Below, piece by piece: positions 21,103-31,470 of a stretch of 64,000 nucleotides of DNA. Within the stretch, counting starts at the first letter, position 1; each line of letters opens with the position of its first letter. The DNA is from an uncultured archaeon (GTDB lineage: Archaea; Asgardarchaeota; Lokiarchaeia; Sigyniarchaeales; SOKP01): assembly GCA_964632315.1 (NCBI GenBank), contig CAZWEM010000011.1:1-64000 (forward strand), written 5' to 3'. The notes under the pieces are model-generated. The model saw only the letters and a list, made by a program, of their open reading frames with translations. It had not been told where the DNA came from and ran no database searches. The position numbers were made by a program, and so were the translations under genes.

Positions 21103-23721
21103 GTGAAGAATAAAGAACCATCTTTGTTTTCGCTAGCAAAATATGCGAACCTTGAAATCATGATGGAATCGCAATACATGACAGCGGGTGCTCATCAAGC
21201 GAAATTACTGGAAAAATTTGAAAAAAATAAAAATTATATCAGAAATCAAGCTATCGCAATGAAAGTAGTTTCAGCGTTCTTGATGTTATTTATGCCCCTT
21301 TTATCATTTATTTTTTATTTTGACATTAGACAAACATTAAATAGTCAAGCTGTATCGATAGAAGGAGAAATGATAATATACTCTATGTTCATATCGATTT
21401 TTTATATCGTATTGGTACTTTACATGATTCTTTTTGGATTATTTACTATTAGTTCTTTAATGACTGGGAATGCATTCAAATGGCTTCAAACACTCCCACT
21501 TTCAGAGGAAAAAGTGAGGAAATTAGGTTTTATAACATTACTTCGAAGTCAAGGAATAATGATAATTTTAATGATCATTTCGTTCCCAATTGCATTGCTA
21601 ATCATGACTCACAACTTTTTTACGTTTTTCATGAGCTTGATCTCATCTTTTCTCATTACTATCTTTAGCGTCAGTATTTTGATTATCGTGGGGGAAAAAT
21701 TTAGTCATCTTTTTTCAGAGGAAGGGACCAAATCTAAGAAAAAAAATTTATTTAGAATTTTATCTCTACTTAGCTATTTCATAATAGCATTTGGTACTGG
21801 GCTAATGTTAAATGTCTTATACGAAGTTACGGATAATTTAATTCAGGCTTTCAGCGTGTCTCCTCCTAATGAACTCCTTGTGCTTATTTTAAGTTTGATT
21901 CCTTTTCCTCTTTCTCCTGGATTTTTAGTAGGATTAAGTCTAACCACTGGAGAGATACCAGTAATGATATGGATCTTTACTATTATTGGTGTAATTGTTT
22001 TTGCCATCATTACTTATCTCACGTATAGATTAGCAATTAAATCGTTAAAGATATTAACTATTCGTGAAGGCGTGAGTGAACCAAAAGAGAAAATTCATGA
22101 TCAACAAATAATAGAAGTTAAATTTGAAATGAAAAGTCCAGTCATGGCATATATCAAAAAAGATCTGGTTGCCTCCACAAAAGACTATCAATCTCTAATC
22201 TTCATACTAATGCCAATAGTTTATCCCTTAATTCTTCTTTTTTCTCTAAATGCCCCAATTACGGCTGAGGTTAATTCTCCAATAGGAATTATAATACTTT
22301 GGGCAATAGTATTAGCTCTTCTCCTTTTTATACCCCCCGTTTTAGTAGGTGGTTTGCTCAGTATTGATGAATCAGGATCTACAGTTCTTGCGTCATTACC
22401 TATTGTCCCACGTGACCAATTCAAGGCTAAAATGATTCTCATGCTCTCCATCCACAGCATTTCTTTAATTTTAATTGCAATCACTCTTACAATTCAAACA
22501 CAATCAATCATTATCCTTTATATAATGTTAAGCAGCCTTCCATTAGCTTGGTGCTTTTTATTAATAGTGTTTATTTTGAAAATTTATCTTTTTGGAAAAC
22601 TCAAATATAAATACGTTCTTGAAGAGGTTAATAAACAACATAAAATTTTAAAATGGATCGGATTAATAGGAGCACAAGTAGCATTCTACTTTTTATTACT
22701 CATTTTCAATTCAATCATTTTCATATTTTTTGGAATTTTTAGTGTGATCTTAGCATCTCTCCTGATGGGATTACTAAGTTTAGCAATATTACTCTTTGCT
22801 CTCTCTATAATGTTTCCTAAAGTTGAAAACATGCCTAAATTTGAAGCGGGGGGATATCTTCGGAATCATCCGATTATAGGAGGGTTGATCATCGTAATTT
22901 TTTTTAATGCATTTTTAAATTTTGGATCGTTTTCTGAAATCTTATTTTTCCCTTGGCTACCTTCGCTTCCGTATATTGGAATACTTTTTCTAGAATTTAT
23001 TTTAATCGAAATTTTCTTAATTTTCTTATTTTTATACATTATTCCCATCGGGATGAAGCTTCCAAGTAAGATAAATACCCTTTTAGAATATTTTAAAAAA
23101 ATAGGGATTTCTAAATTAAAACCTGTTGGGAAAAATATTCTCTTGGGAGTCTGTTTGTTTGTTATCTATGCTATTATTGCATTTTTTGGAGGGATACTGT
23201 TTGGAAACTTCATATTTATGCCCGAACTACTATTTGGGACTCCTAATCCAACTTTACCGGGTTTATTGAGTTTTGGATGGTTTATTTGGATTTTTATGTT
23301 GCGCCCCGGTATATGGGAGGAAGTCGCATTCCGGGGAGTGAATGTCACCCTGCTTTCAAAAAAGTACGGTCAATTAATTACGGTTGTTGTAAGTGGGATA
23401 TTATTTGGATTAGCTCACTCCTTTAATGCTATAGATGTACTAATTGCGGGGGACGATCCGATTACCATAATCTTTCAAGTAATATACACCAGTTGTGTAG
23501 GTTTTTCATTAGGGTATGCTTTTTTGAAAACTAAAAGTCTCATTCCTTGCATCATTTATCATTACCTTTTTGATACGGTTGGAAGTCTAATAATCAATTT
23601 TAACATTTTAATTCCATTTGTTTCATATCTATATTTAATATTCTTTATAGGAGTAATCCCGTCAATTGTGAACATTTACTTTGTAAAGTTAGTTTCACCA
23701 CAATGGAAGAAGAAATCTTAA
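21103..23721 (+). CDS. ABC-2-like permease fused to a C-terminal CPBP (CAAX prenyl protease-like) intramembrane metalloprotease
   Basis: Two WLQTLPL / LASLPI permease-type motifs; C-terminal WEEVAFRG, FGLAH, HYLFD. Confidence 0.75.
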   Translation: MKNKEPSLFSLAKYANLEIMMESQYMTAGAHQAKLLEKFEKNKNYIRNQAIAMKVVSAFLMLFMPLLSFIFYFDIRQTLNSQAVSIEGEMIIYSMFISIFYIVLVLYMILFGLFTISSLMTGNAFKWLQTLPLSEEKVRKLGFITLLRSQGIMIILMIISFPIALLIMTHNFFTFFMSLISSFLITIFSVSILIIVGEKFSHLFSEEGTKSKKKNLFRILSLLSYFIIAFGTGLMLNVLYEVTDNLIQAFSVSPPNELLVLILSLIPFPLSPGFLVGLSLTTGEIPVMIWIFTIIGVIVFAIITYLTYRLAIKSLKILTIREGVSEPKEKIHDQQIIEVKFEMKSPVMAYIKKDLVASTKDYQSLIFILMPIVYPLILLFSLNAPITAEVNSPIGIIILWAIVLALLLFIPPVLVGGLLSIDESGSTVLASLPIVPRDQFKAKMILMLSIHSISLILIAITLTIQTQSIIILYIMLSSLPLAWCFLLIVFILKIYLFGKLKYKYVLEEVNKQHKILKWIGLIGAQVAFYFLLLIFNSIIFIFFGIFSVILASLLMGLLSLAILLFALSIMFPKVENMPKFEAGGYLRNHPIIGGLIIVIFFNAFLNFGSFSEILFFPWLPSLPYIGILFLEFILIEIFLIFLFLYIIPIGMKLPSKINTLLEYFKKIGISKLKPVGKNILLGVCLFVIYAIIAFFGGILFGNFIFMPELLFGTPNPTLPGLLSFGWFIWIFMLRPGIWEEVAFRGVNVTLLSKKYGQLITVVVSGILFGLAHSFNAIDVLIAGDDPITIIFQVIYTSCVGFSLGYAFLKTKSLIPCIIYHYLFDTVGSLIINFNILIPFVSYLYLIFFIGVIPSIVNIYFVKLVSPQWKKKS

Positions 23722-23932
23722 ACATAAATTGGAAAATACTATTTGAAAAATATAATTTTAGTGTTTTTATCGGTTAGCAATTTTTTTTCTCTTTTTTAAC
23801 TTATTGATTTAAGACTGTTTTGTCTCATCAATACTCACAATTACTAATTCTGCCTAAATTTAACATAGAATATATTTATTGAGTAGTTGTTTCTTATAAT
23901 ACAATCAGATTTTCAGGGTTAATTTAGCAACT

Positions 23933-24088
23933 ATGAAGAAATTGGCAAATAAACTTAAGAAAATTGACTTAAATCTCCCTAAATGGACAAGAGATATACT
24001 TTATGAGCACATTTTAGATGTATGTACAGGTTTAAAAACTCAATCAGAAAAAAAAATAAATCAGGAGAAGGAAAAAGCGCAAATCTAA
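23933..24088 (+). CDS. Possible 51-aa small protein (below ORF-track cutoff)
   Basis: ATG..TAA ORF MKKLANKLKKIDLNLPKWTRDILYEHILDVCTGLKTQSEKKINQEKEKAQI in an otherwise empty gap. Confidence 0.35.
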   Translation: MKKLANKLKKIDLNLPKWTRDILYEHILDVCTGLKTQSEKKINQEKEKAQI

Positions 24089-24249
24089 TAAGAATTTTAC
24101 ATCTCTTATTTTAAGATTATTTCATTAGGTAAGGTTTTATAACTGCTTTTGAATAGTTTTCTGCACTAAGTTTATATACAAGTTTTTATCCAATATTACT
24201 ATACATTTCAAAATGTATCCTTTTAATTTAGGAATTAAGTGGTGAAAAA

Positions 24250-24525
24250 ATGTCGAACACAAATGGAATCATTGCATTAATTTTCGGAATTATTGGATTA
24301 TGTTGCGCATGGGCGATTCCTATTCCTTTTGTAGGGATAATCTTCCCAATTATTGCTATCATCTTTGGAGCGATTGGGCTTAAAAAGGATGATTCTAATG
24401 GAATGGCTATCGCAGGATTGATTTTAGGGATTTTAGCATTAGTTTGTGTACTATTAGTTGCGACTGTGTTAGCAGTCTTCCTTGCTGGAATCTTAGGCGG
24501 ATTTTTGACAATTCCCAGCTATTAA
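24250..24525 (+). CDS. DUF4190-like small membrane protein
   Basis: IIALIFGIIG...AIIFGAIG...GMAIAGLILG; SD-like GGTGA upstream. Confidence 0.75.
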   Translation: MSNTNGIIALIFGIIGLCCAWAIPIPFVGIIFPIIAIIFGAIGLKKDDSNGMAIAGLILGILALVCVLLVATVLAVFLAGILGGFLTIPSY

Positions 24526-24626
24526 ACAATAGATTTTTTAGTTCTAATTTAACAATTTTTTTTTATTTTCTCTAACCCATTATAATAGCACCCTATATAA
24601 GTAAGAATAAATTTGTTATAACCAGT

Positions 24627-25250
24627 ATGAAAGAAGAACAAAAACGGAGCAGGTTTATAAAAGCAATTTTGTATATTATCTCATTTTGGCCCTTATTGCT
24701 GAGCCATCACCCAGAATGTGATAAATTCAATAATCATACCTTAAATTTTGGTAAGATTCGTCTCTGTATTGGATGTTTTGTTGGATATCCCATAGCAATT
24801 CTTGGAATGTTTCTAATTCCTATCTTAAGAATTCAGCAACTAATTCCATATGATTATTTCCTTTTCATATCAATAATTTTACTTGCTACGTTTATTATGA
24901 GCCCACTAAAACTTACTAAAAATAAAACAATTAAAATTATTCAAAAAGCACTAATAGGCTTGGGTTCTTCTTTCTTATTTTGGTTTATCATGACACGACC
25001 CAATCCACGAATCGTCAACATTTTCATTTTTTACTTTTCTTTTGGAGCAATTTTAGCTATTTTAAACATTTATCATGTCTTAGGATTTGTGATGACTTGT
25101 TATAAATGCGAAACTCCTTTCCTATGGGGTACTTGTGGAGGATTTAACTCCATCATTAAAAACTTTGAAAAACATGAATTAGAAAATTTTTTCATTTCTT
25201 TTGAAGAGTTCTCGGAGTCTATAAGGGAACGAAGAACAAAAAAAAATTAA
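24627..25250 (+). CDS. Membrane protein with His/Cys motifs
   Basis: SHHPEC..F..H, LCIGC, 4 TM, CYKC...C. Confidence 0.7.
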   Translation: MKEEQKRSRFIKAILYIISFWPLLLSHHPECDKFNNHTLNFGKIRLCIGCFVGYPIAILGMFLIPILRIQQLIPYDYFLFISIILLATFIMSPLKLTKNKTIKIIQKALIGLGSSFLFWFIMTRPNPRIVNIFIFYFSFGAILAILNIYHVLGFVMTCYKCETPFLWGTCGGFNSIIKNFEKHELENFFISFEEFSESIRERRTKKN

Positions 25251-25255
25251 TCCAT

Positions 25256-26320
25256 TTATTTTAGTAAGAGATCCCAATCAATATGTTCTTTCACTAAATT
25301 CTTAACGATATTTACTTCCTCTTCTTGAATGCCTGGTTTTACTCTTTCCATGTTCCTAATAGTAGTGTAAGTATCAGATGGGCTCAATAAGATGGGGATT
25401 TTCTTTTCATTTGCAGCGTAAACCACGGCCGCATCAGGATGGATGAATCCTGTGAGAACGAGGGTTGAAACATCTTCACCTAAAGCTGCTAAAGCAACAT
25501 CCGTTCGGTCTCCTCCCGTAATAACGGCAGCTTTTTTTACAGAACGCAAATACTTTAGGGCTGCTTGAACATTCATTGCAGCAATAATGTAGGTTTCAAC
25601 CATTTGGTCAAGATTCTCAAGAGCAGGTTCATTAAGTAGCTCACCTCCGATAGCATGTTGAATTTCTGAAACACGGGGACTTAAGAGGTCAATACTTTTC
25701 TCAATTAAACCCAAAATTGGAATACCGTATCTTTTGATGTGATTTTCCTCAAGCTCCTCGATACGTGCCTTATATTCATGATCAATCTTGTTAAAAATCA
25801 CTCCCTTGAACTTCATGTTTCGAAATTCAAAATATTTTTTGGTGAAGAATAGGTTATCAATGCATTTATCCGAGGACTCCGTCTGAATGAATACCATCGC
25901 ATCTAAACCTAATTTCTGCGCGACTGTCACATCATCTAAACCTACCCTAATATACTTTTTTATGCTGGGAGCCCCCTCGATAATAATAAAGTCATACTTA
26001 TCAGCAATCGCGTCAAAAGCATTTTTTATTTTTGCTAAATGGTCCTCTTTCTTCGCTGAATCAATTAGGTCTACATAATAACAATCCGGTATTGATATCG
26101 GTGAAAGAATGTCATACGGAAGCTCCGTTTTAAATACAGTATTTTGGATAAATCCTACATCTCGATCTGCTTTATCACTAAAGGCACCTCTTGGAATACC
26201 AATTGGTTTAAAATAGGCAACTTTTACGCCTCTCTCTTGTAGATTTAACATTAGACCGATACTAATCAGAGATTTTCCAGCATGCTCTCTTAGAGAACAC
26301 AAATAAACGGCTTTGGTCAT
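25256..26320 (-). CDS. Phosphotransacetylase-family protein (BioD-like N-terminus + DRTGG domain)
   Basis: GKSLISIGL, YFKPIG, IIEG, ITGGDRTDV; downstream of acyl-CoA synthetase. Confidence 0.85.
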   Translation of the reverse strand: MTKAVYLCSLREHAGKSLISIGLMLNLQERGVKVAYFKPIGIPRGAFSDKADRDVGFIQNTVFKTELPYDILSPISIPDCYYVDLIDSAKKEDHLAKIKNAFDAIADKYDFIIIEGAPSIKKYIRVGLDDVTVAQKLGLDAMVFIQTESSDKCIDNLFFTKKYFEFRNMKFKGVIFNKIDHEYKARIEELEENHIKRYGIPILGLIEKSIDLLSPRVSEIQHAIGGELLNEPALENLDQMVETYIIAAMNVQAALKYLRSVKKAAVITGGDRTDVALAALGEDVSTLVLTGFIHPDAAVVYAANEKKIPILLSPSDTYTTIRNMERVKPGIQEEEVNIVKNLVKEHIDWDLLLK

Positions 26321-26392
26321 TTTCTTAACCTTATTTTATATTTTATATTTTTTATTTTTTTTATCCTTTATCTTGAATTTTTTTATAAATAT

Positions 26393-28558
26393 TTAATTTG
26401 AAATTGTTATTTTAATGTCCACAGCACTATAAGAGTTAATAAAACTTAATAGTGGATTAATGTCCAGCTCCGTGATTTCAGGAAAGTCATTAACTAATTG
26501 AGACAGCCTCAATAGGACATCGATAATAGCATCGATATCTGATGGACTCTCACCGCGAACTCCTTGAAGTAAGCTAAATATTTTGGTTTTTTGGAGCATT
26601 TTCATGGCGTCATCCCGATTAAATTCATACGATAACGCAAAAGATACATCCTTTAAAAAGTTGGCGTAGATTCCTCCAGAACCAACCATCAAAAGAGGAC
26701 CAAACTGAGCATCGCGAGACATTCCTAGTATCAATTCATTAACTTTTTTTTCCTTCTTGGAGTCAATCATTTCTTGCACTTCTACCCCATATACAACGGC
26801 GTTTTGAGGACCAAAACGCTTTGAATTATCCACGATCTGAATGTAAGCCTCAAATGCTTGTTCTGGAGTCTCAACATCAAGAATTATTCCTCCTACATCC
26901 GTTTTATGTGTGATCTGAGGACTTACAATTTTCATAACAGATTTTCCAATCTCTTTTTGGATCTCCATCGCCTGTTTTGGAGTCTCTGCAAGTCTAGATT
27001 TAGGGGACTTTATCCCATAGCATTCAAAAATTTCACTTGTTTCATAGCTAAGTAAGACTTTTCGCTCATCATTCCTAGCATTTTCAAAAATCTCTTTGAC
27101 TCTTTGCTTGTTCACATCGAAATCTGGAATCTTAGGTTTCGATTGCTTTAGGGAATTTAAATAGATTCCTCGATCAATTAATCCCTTAATAGTTTTAGCA
27201 GCTTGTTCTGGGAATGAATAGCAAGGAACCCCATTCTGATTTAAATATTTTCGTGCTTTTGATACTGATTTTTCTCCCAAAAAAGCACATAAAATTGGAA
27301 CGTTTTGGAGTTTATTTTTGGTCAGATCTAAAATTAAACTAGAAACATCATCAGGATGAGTTTGAGCTTGGGGAGACATTAAGATTAATGCGCCATGAGT
27401 GGAGATATCTTCTTTATTTATTTTTGAATTATTAATGCCAAAAATGGTTTCAATTGCAAACTGATACCTTTCAGGTGGGGCATCTCCAACGATATCCACT
27501 GGATTAAATATAGCAGCTTCAGCAGGAAGGTTTTCTCTTAATTTATGAAGGATTGGTTCTGCAAATTGGGCAAATTTAATTCCCTCGCGCTCAAATGCAT
27601 CTGTTGCGACGATACCAGGACCCCCCGCATTAGTAATAATAGCAAACGAGTTTTCCTTAGGGATTGGTTGATAAAGAAATGCTTCTCCATAATCAAATAA
27701 ATCTTCGATAGTTATAGCGCGAAGCACCCCAGTTTTCTCAAATGCTAGTTGATAAGCATTATCTGAACCTGCTAAGGCACCTGTATGGCTTGAGGCTGCT
27801 CTTGCTCCAGCTTCACTCACACCCGATTTTAAGATGATGATTGGTTTTTTTTTAGTCGCGTTTTTAACATTTTTTAGGAACTTTTCACCTGCGTCAATGC
27901 TCTCTAAGTAGCAGAGTATAACTTGGGTGTCAGGATCATCTGCTAAATATTCAATGAAATCTACACCATCGAGATCTGCTTTATTACCTAAACTTATATT
28001 ACATGAAAATCCATATGGTTGTTCCATTGAATAATCCATAAATGCAGTTAGAAACGCACCTGATTGAGAGATCATTGCAATATTGCCTTTTTTAGGTGTC
28101 TCAGATGCGAATGAACCATTATAATTCAATCCGATGAATCCCAAACAATTTGGACCAATAACCCTCATGTTGTATTTTTTAGCTATTTCTACCAACTGTT
28201 CTTCCCTTTTTACCCCTTCTCCTCCAACTTCTTTAAAGCCAGCTGTAATTACTATGAGCCCCTTTATCCTCTTTTCACCGCATTGCTGAGCCACGTCATT
28301 AACAAATTTTGCGGGAATTACAAATATTGCGATATCTATTTCTTCAGGAACATCCAAAACGGTTTTATAAGCCTTAATTCCAAGAATTTTCTTTAATTGA
28401 TCTGCTTTTGGGTTAATAGGATATACTTTTCCAGAATATTCTGATTCAATGATATTTTTTAAAACATTATAACCCACTTTTCCCCGAGTAGAACTCGCTC
28501 CTATAACAGCTATAGACTTGGGGTTAAAGAAAAACGATAAGTCACTTTTTGCATGCAT
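26393..28558 (-). CDS. acdAB: ADP-forming acetate/acyl-CoA ligase, fused alpha+beta subunits
   Basis: PKSIAVIGAS, IGPNCLG, SQSGA, SHTGALAG (phospho-His), TNAGGPG, HKTDVGG, ELDINP. Confidence 0.92.
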   Translation of the reverse strand: MHAKSDLSFFFNPKSIAVIGASSTRGKVGYNVLKNIIESEYSGKVYPINPKADQLKKILGIKAYKTVLDVPEEIDIAIFVIPAKFVNDVAQQCGEKRIKGLIVITAGFKEVGGEGVKREEQLVEIAKKYNMRVIGPNCLGFIGLNYNGSFASETPKKGNIAMISQSGAFLTAFMDYSMEQPYGFSCNISLGNKADLDGVDFIEYLADDPDTQVILCYLESIDAGEKFLKNVKNATKKKPIIILKSGVSEAGARAASSHTGALAGSDNAYQLAFEKTGVLRAITIEDLFDYGEAFLYQPIPKENSFAIITNAGGPGIVATDAFEREGIKFAQFAEPILHKLRENLPAEAAIFNPVDIVGDAPPERYQFAIETIFGINNSKINKEDISTHGALILMSPQAQTHPDDVSSLILDLTKNKLQNVPILCAFLGEKSVSKARKYLNQNGVPCYSFPEQAAKTIKGLIDRGIYLNSLKQSKPKIPDFDVNKQRVKEIFENARNDERKVLLSYETSEIFECYGIKSPKSRLAETPKQAMEIQKEIGKSVMKIVSPQITHKTDVGGIILDVETPEQAFEAYIQIVDNSKRFGPQNAVVYGVEVQEMIDSKKEKKVNELILGMSRDAQFGPLLMVGSGGIYANFLKDVSFALSYEFNRDDAMKMLQKTKIFSLLQGVRGESPSDIDAIIDVLLRLSQLVNDFPEITELDINPLLSFINSYSAVDIKITISN

Positions 28559-28707
28559 CTCGAATTACTCCAGGGTTATAATCTTGTGTTTTAAAATAGA
28601 ATATAAATTTGGTTATTATTATTTGTAAAGATGAGTGATAGAAGAAGACCCAATATAAGAATTTTTTAATACATCTTTATAATTTTGTAAATGTTTTATT
28701 AATCATC

Positions 28708-29184
28708 ATGACACAAGTTTCTATCCATACGAATAAAGGAAACATCAATCTTAACTTGTTTGATGAAGACGCTCCCATGACTGTTGCGAGTTTTCTTTTT
28801 TTAATTAATAAGGGTTATTATAACGGACTGACCTTTCACAGGGTTATTGATGATTTCATGATTCAAGGGGGATGCCCAACTGGCACAGGATATCATGGTC
28901 CTCGACAAAAAGGCATCAATTCTTTCCCTTTCAGGGGAAAACAGGTTTCTTATCCATTTAAGGATGAATTTGAAAGTGGAAGATCCTTTGATAAACCAGG
29001 ACTACTTGCCATGGCGAATAGCGGATCGAATACAAACGGCTCTCAATTCTTCATTACGCATATAACAACTGACTGGTTGACTAATAAACACACTATTTTT
29101 GGCGAAGTCATTTCGCAAGAAGATCAAGATGTCGTTAATTCGATACAACAAGGAGATAAAATAATCGAGATTAAAGTATTATAA
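28708..29184 (+). CDS. Cyclophilin-type peptidyl-prolyl isomerase
   Basis: FHRVIDDFMIQGG, LAMANSG..TNGSQFFIT, WL..KHTIFG. Confidence 0.95.
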   Translation: MTQVSIHTNKGNINLNLFDEDAPMTVASFLFLINKGYYNGLTFHRVIDDFMIQGGCPTGTGYHGPRQKGINSFPFRGKQVSYPFKDEFESGRSFDKPGLLAMANSGSNTNGSQFFITHITTDWLTNKHTIFGEVISQEDQDVVNSIQQGDKIIEIKVL

Positions 29185-29257
29185 AATAGATAGAAAAAAT
29201 AACTTATTCTTTTTATTTGCTAAATTTACACAATCCCACAATTTGGGCATTTAAAGG

Positions 29258-29446
29258 TTAGTCATTCCAGTCATCGGAATTTTCCTCCCAATCATCATCG
29301 TCATCATCATCGTTCCAATCATCCCATTCACCGTCATTATAATCATCATCGTCATCACCATAATCCTCCCAGTCTTCATCGTCTTCATCGTCATCATCGT
29401 CATCATCTCTTGAGCTCATACCCTCATTTAAACCTTCACTCACCAT
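29258..29446 (-). CDS. Small hyper-acidic Asp/Trp-rich protein
   Basis: 62-aa ORF dominated by Asp/Glu with spaced Trp/Tyr; SD-like GAGGAGGT upstream; mixed GAT/GAC codons argue against a plain microsatellite. Confidence 0.7.
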   Translation of the reverse strand: MVSEGLNEGMSSRDDDDDDDEDDEDWEDYGDDDDDYNDGEWDDWNDDDDDDDWEENSDDWND

Positions 29447-29676
29447 GATGTAACCTCCTCATTTATTCAGCGATAAATTTACAACCAAGTTGCTTTTTCT
29501 ATTGAAATAAATATAAAACATATTATTAAAATTTTCGATTCAAATTGAAAGAACTTCACATCATTCGGATTCAAGTTATTATATTATAAAAGTTTATTAG
29601 AGCAAACTCTATTATTAAATAAATATTGAGAGTTTAGTCCCCTAAAGCAAAATAATGCGAAAGGAAGTGATAAAGC

Positions 29677-31152
29677 ATGAGTAAGGAATTAAGAGACATA
29701 ATTGAATCGATTGATTCCACGAATAAAGCACATTCCGATTTAACTACAATGATTAATTACTTAAAGGAAGAAGTTCAACGCTTAAACCATAGAATTGTTA
29801 AACAAAAGCGTATAATTTCAAGTCAAGGAGAAAAAATAAATGAATTTGAGAATTCTGAAGTTCCAGAAGATTTGAAGGTATTAAAAGAAATGATAATAAT
29901 GCAGAGGGAGGAACTAAGCAAAAAAGATGATGATATAAAACTTTTAGAGAATAATATCGAGGAATTAACAAGAGAATTAGAAAATCAAATTCAAATAGAT
30001 GAAAATGAAGCTCTAATCCAAGCTAACCGCGTAATAGCCGAACTCACCCAACAAAATGAAGAACAATTGCTTGAAATCGAGGATTTAAAATTATCAATTT
30101 CTGAATTAAAAAATCGACTTGAACATCTTAAGGATGTTAACAAAGCAGATACTCATCAAGATCTAATCGATGCTAAAAAACTACTCTTTCAACTAACAGA
30201 AGAAAGCGGTATCAAACAAGTTAAAATTGAATCATTAAAAGCAGAACTCCAAGACTTAAAAAAAAATATTGAGAACTCACAATATTTACTGGAACAAAAT
30301 GAAGGTGAACTTGAAAGTGCTCGTAATATTATAGCAACTCTAAGGTCTGAATTGGAATCCAGCCGCGAAAAAGTTGAATTTCTGAAACAAAAATTAAAAA
30401 ATACTATTCAAGCTTATAAGGAAGAAATTGCTCGCATATCAGAAGATTATACTACTCACACTGAATTAAATGAACAAATATATAATTTTCAAGACGAAAT
30501 TAGTTCTCTCAATCATCAATTAATGGCAAAAAATGAAGAATTTAATCGACAAGTGCGCGAAACCGAAGATCTCATTGCTATAATTTCAGATTTAAAAACT
30601 AAAATGAATCAAGATCAATTAACTTATGAAAGCGATTTGAGTTCAAAGATTAATCAGATAAAGAGTCTAGAAAAAAATTTAATCCAAATTGAAAACCAAA
30701 ATAAAGATCTAAATGAGCAGATACGTAGGTTTCAGGAAGAAGAAACAGTGCAAAAATACCCAATGCAACAACAAGATTCAACGACAATAAATAACAATTC
30801 AATCCCAAATCACTTGTTTCTGAACATGATGAATCTAATGACAGAAGAAGGAAGAGAAATCGTGTTCAATAAATTAGTAAAAGCCTTAGACGAGGAAAAT
30901 CGTGAACTAAGAACGAACTCAATAAAGTTAATGGGACTTCTAGCTAATGATCAATCATTTGATAAATTAAAAGGATTAGTTTATGATTCTGATTGGGTTA
31001 TTAAGTTATACTTGATAAAAGCTCTTGAAAAATTCAGAAAACCAGAGATTATCGATCTTCTAAACGAATTACAAAGCGATAGCGATCCTGATGTGAGAGA
31101 AACAGCAGAAAAAGCACTCATTAAGATGAAAAAAATAATACATAACTTTTAA
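29677..31152 (+). CDS. Long coiled-coil protein with C-terminal HEAT repeats
   Basis: Heptad-rich first ~355 aa; C-terminal DEENRELR, DSDWVIK, DSDPDVRETA. Confidence 0.8.
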   Translation: MSKELRDIIESIDSTNKAHSDLTTMINYLKEEVQRLNHRIVKQKRIISSQGEKINEFENSEVPEDLKVLKEMIIMQREELSKKDDDIKLLENNIEELTRELENQIQIDENEALIQANRVIAELTQQNEEQLLEIEDLKLSISELKNRLEHLKDVNKADTHQDLIDAKKLLFQLTEESGIKQVKIESLKAELQDLKKNIENSQYLLEQNEGELESARNIIATLRSELESSREKVEFLKQKLKNTIQAYKEEIARISEDYTTHTELNEQIYNFQDEISSLNHQLMAKNEEFNRQVRETEDLIAIISDLKTKMNQDQLTYESDLSSKINQIKSLEKNLIQIENQNKDLNEQIRRFQEEETVQKYPMQQQDSTTINNNSIPNHLFLNMMNLMTEEGREIVFNKLVKALDEENRELRTNSIKLMGLLANDQSFDKLKGLVYDSDWVIKLYLIKALEKFRKPEIIDLLNELQSDSDPDVRETAEKALIKMKKIIHNF

Positions 31153-31470
31153 ACACTATATTTAATAGTCTTAATAATTCTCTTCTGATTTTATGGTTAA
31201 TCGTATGAATTATAATATATCTTGGCTGAATGACCATTTTTTAACAAAAATAATAACTTTTTGAATTCTTATAGATTTTTGATTAAGAATTCTTGATATT
31301 TGAAGTCATAAATTATTGCAGAAGAAAATTTATTAATATCTCATAAATTAATTTGAAAACTGCTTAATAATCTAAATAATATCTCTATGTGAATTTTATA
31401 ATTCTAATCTGAAGATTTAATATTCTTTGTAAAATCATCCTAATAAGAGAAAAAAAATTGATGATATTTT

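Noticed and set aside
28900-28950. In-frame BHB intron in the cyclophilin (15-aa insertion with a TTTC-looped hairpin)
   Set aside because: No 4-bp central helix or outer stem at the required register, and the frame is open; treated as a protein loop insertion
29225-29410. Poly-UGA (poly-Sec) alternative frame of the Asp-rich ORF ending in CPNCG
   Set aside because: Automatic result of GAT repeats; no SECIS seen, and the CPNCG stretch coincides with a terminator-like hairpin
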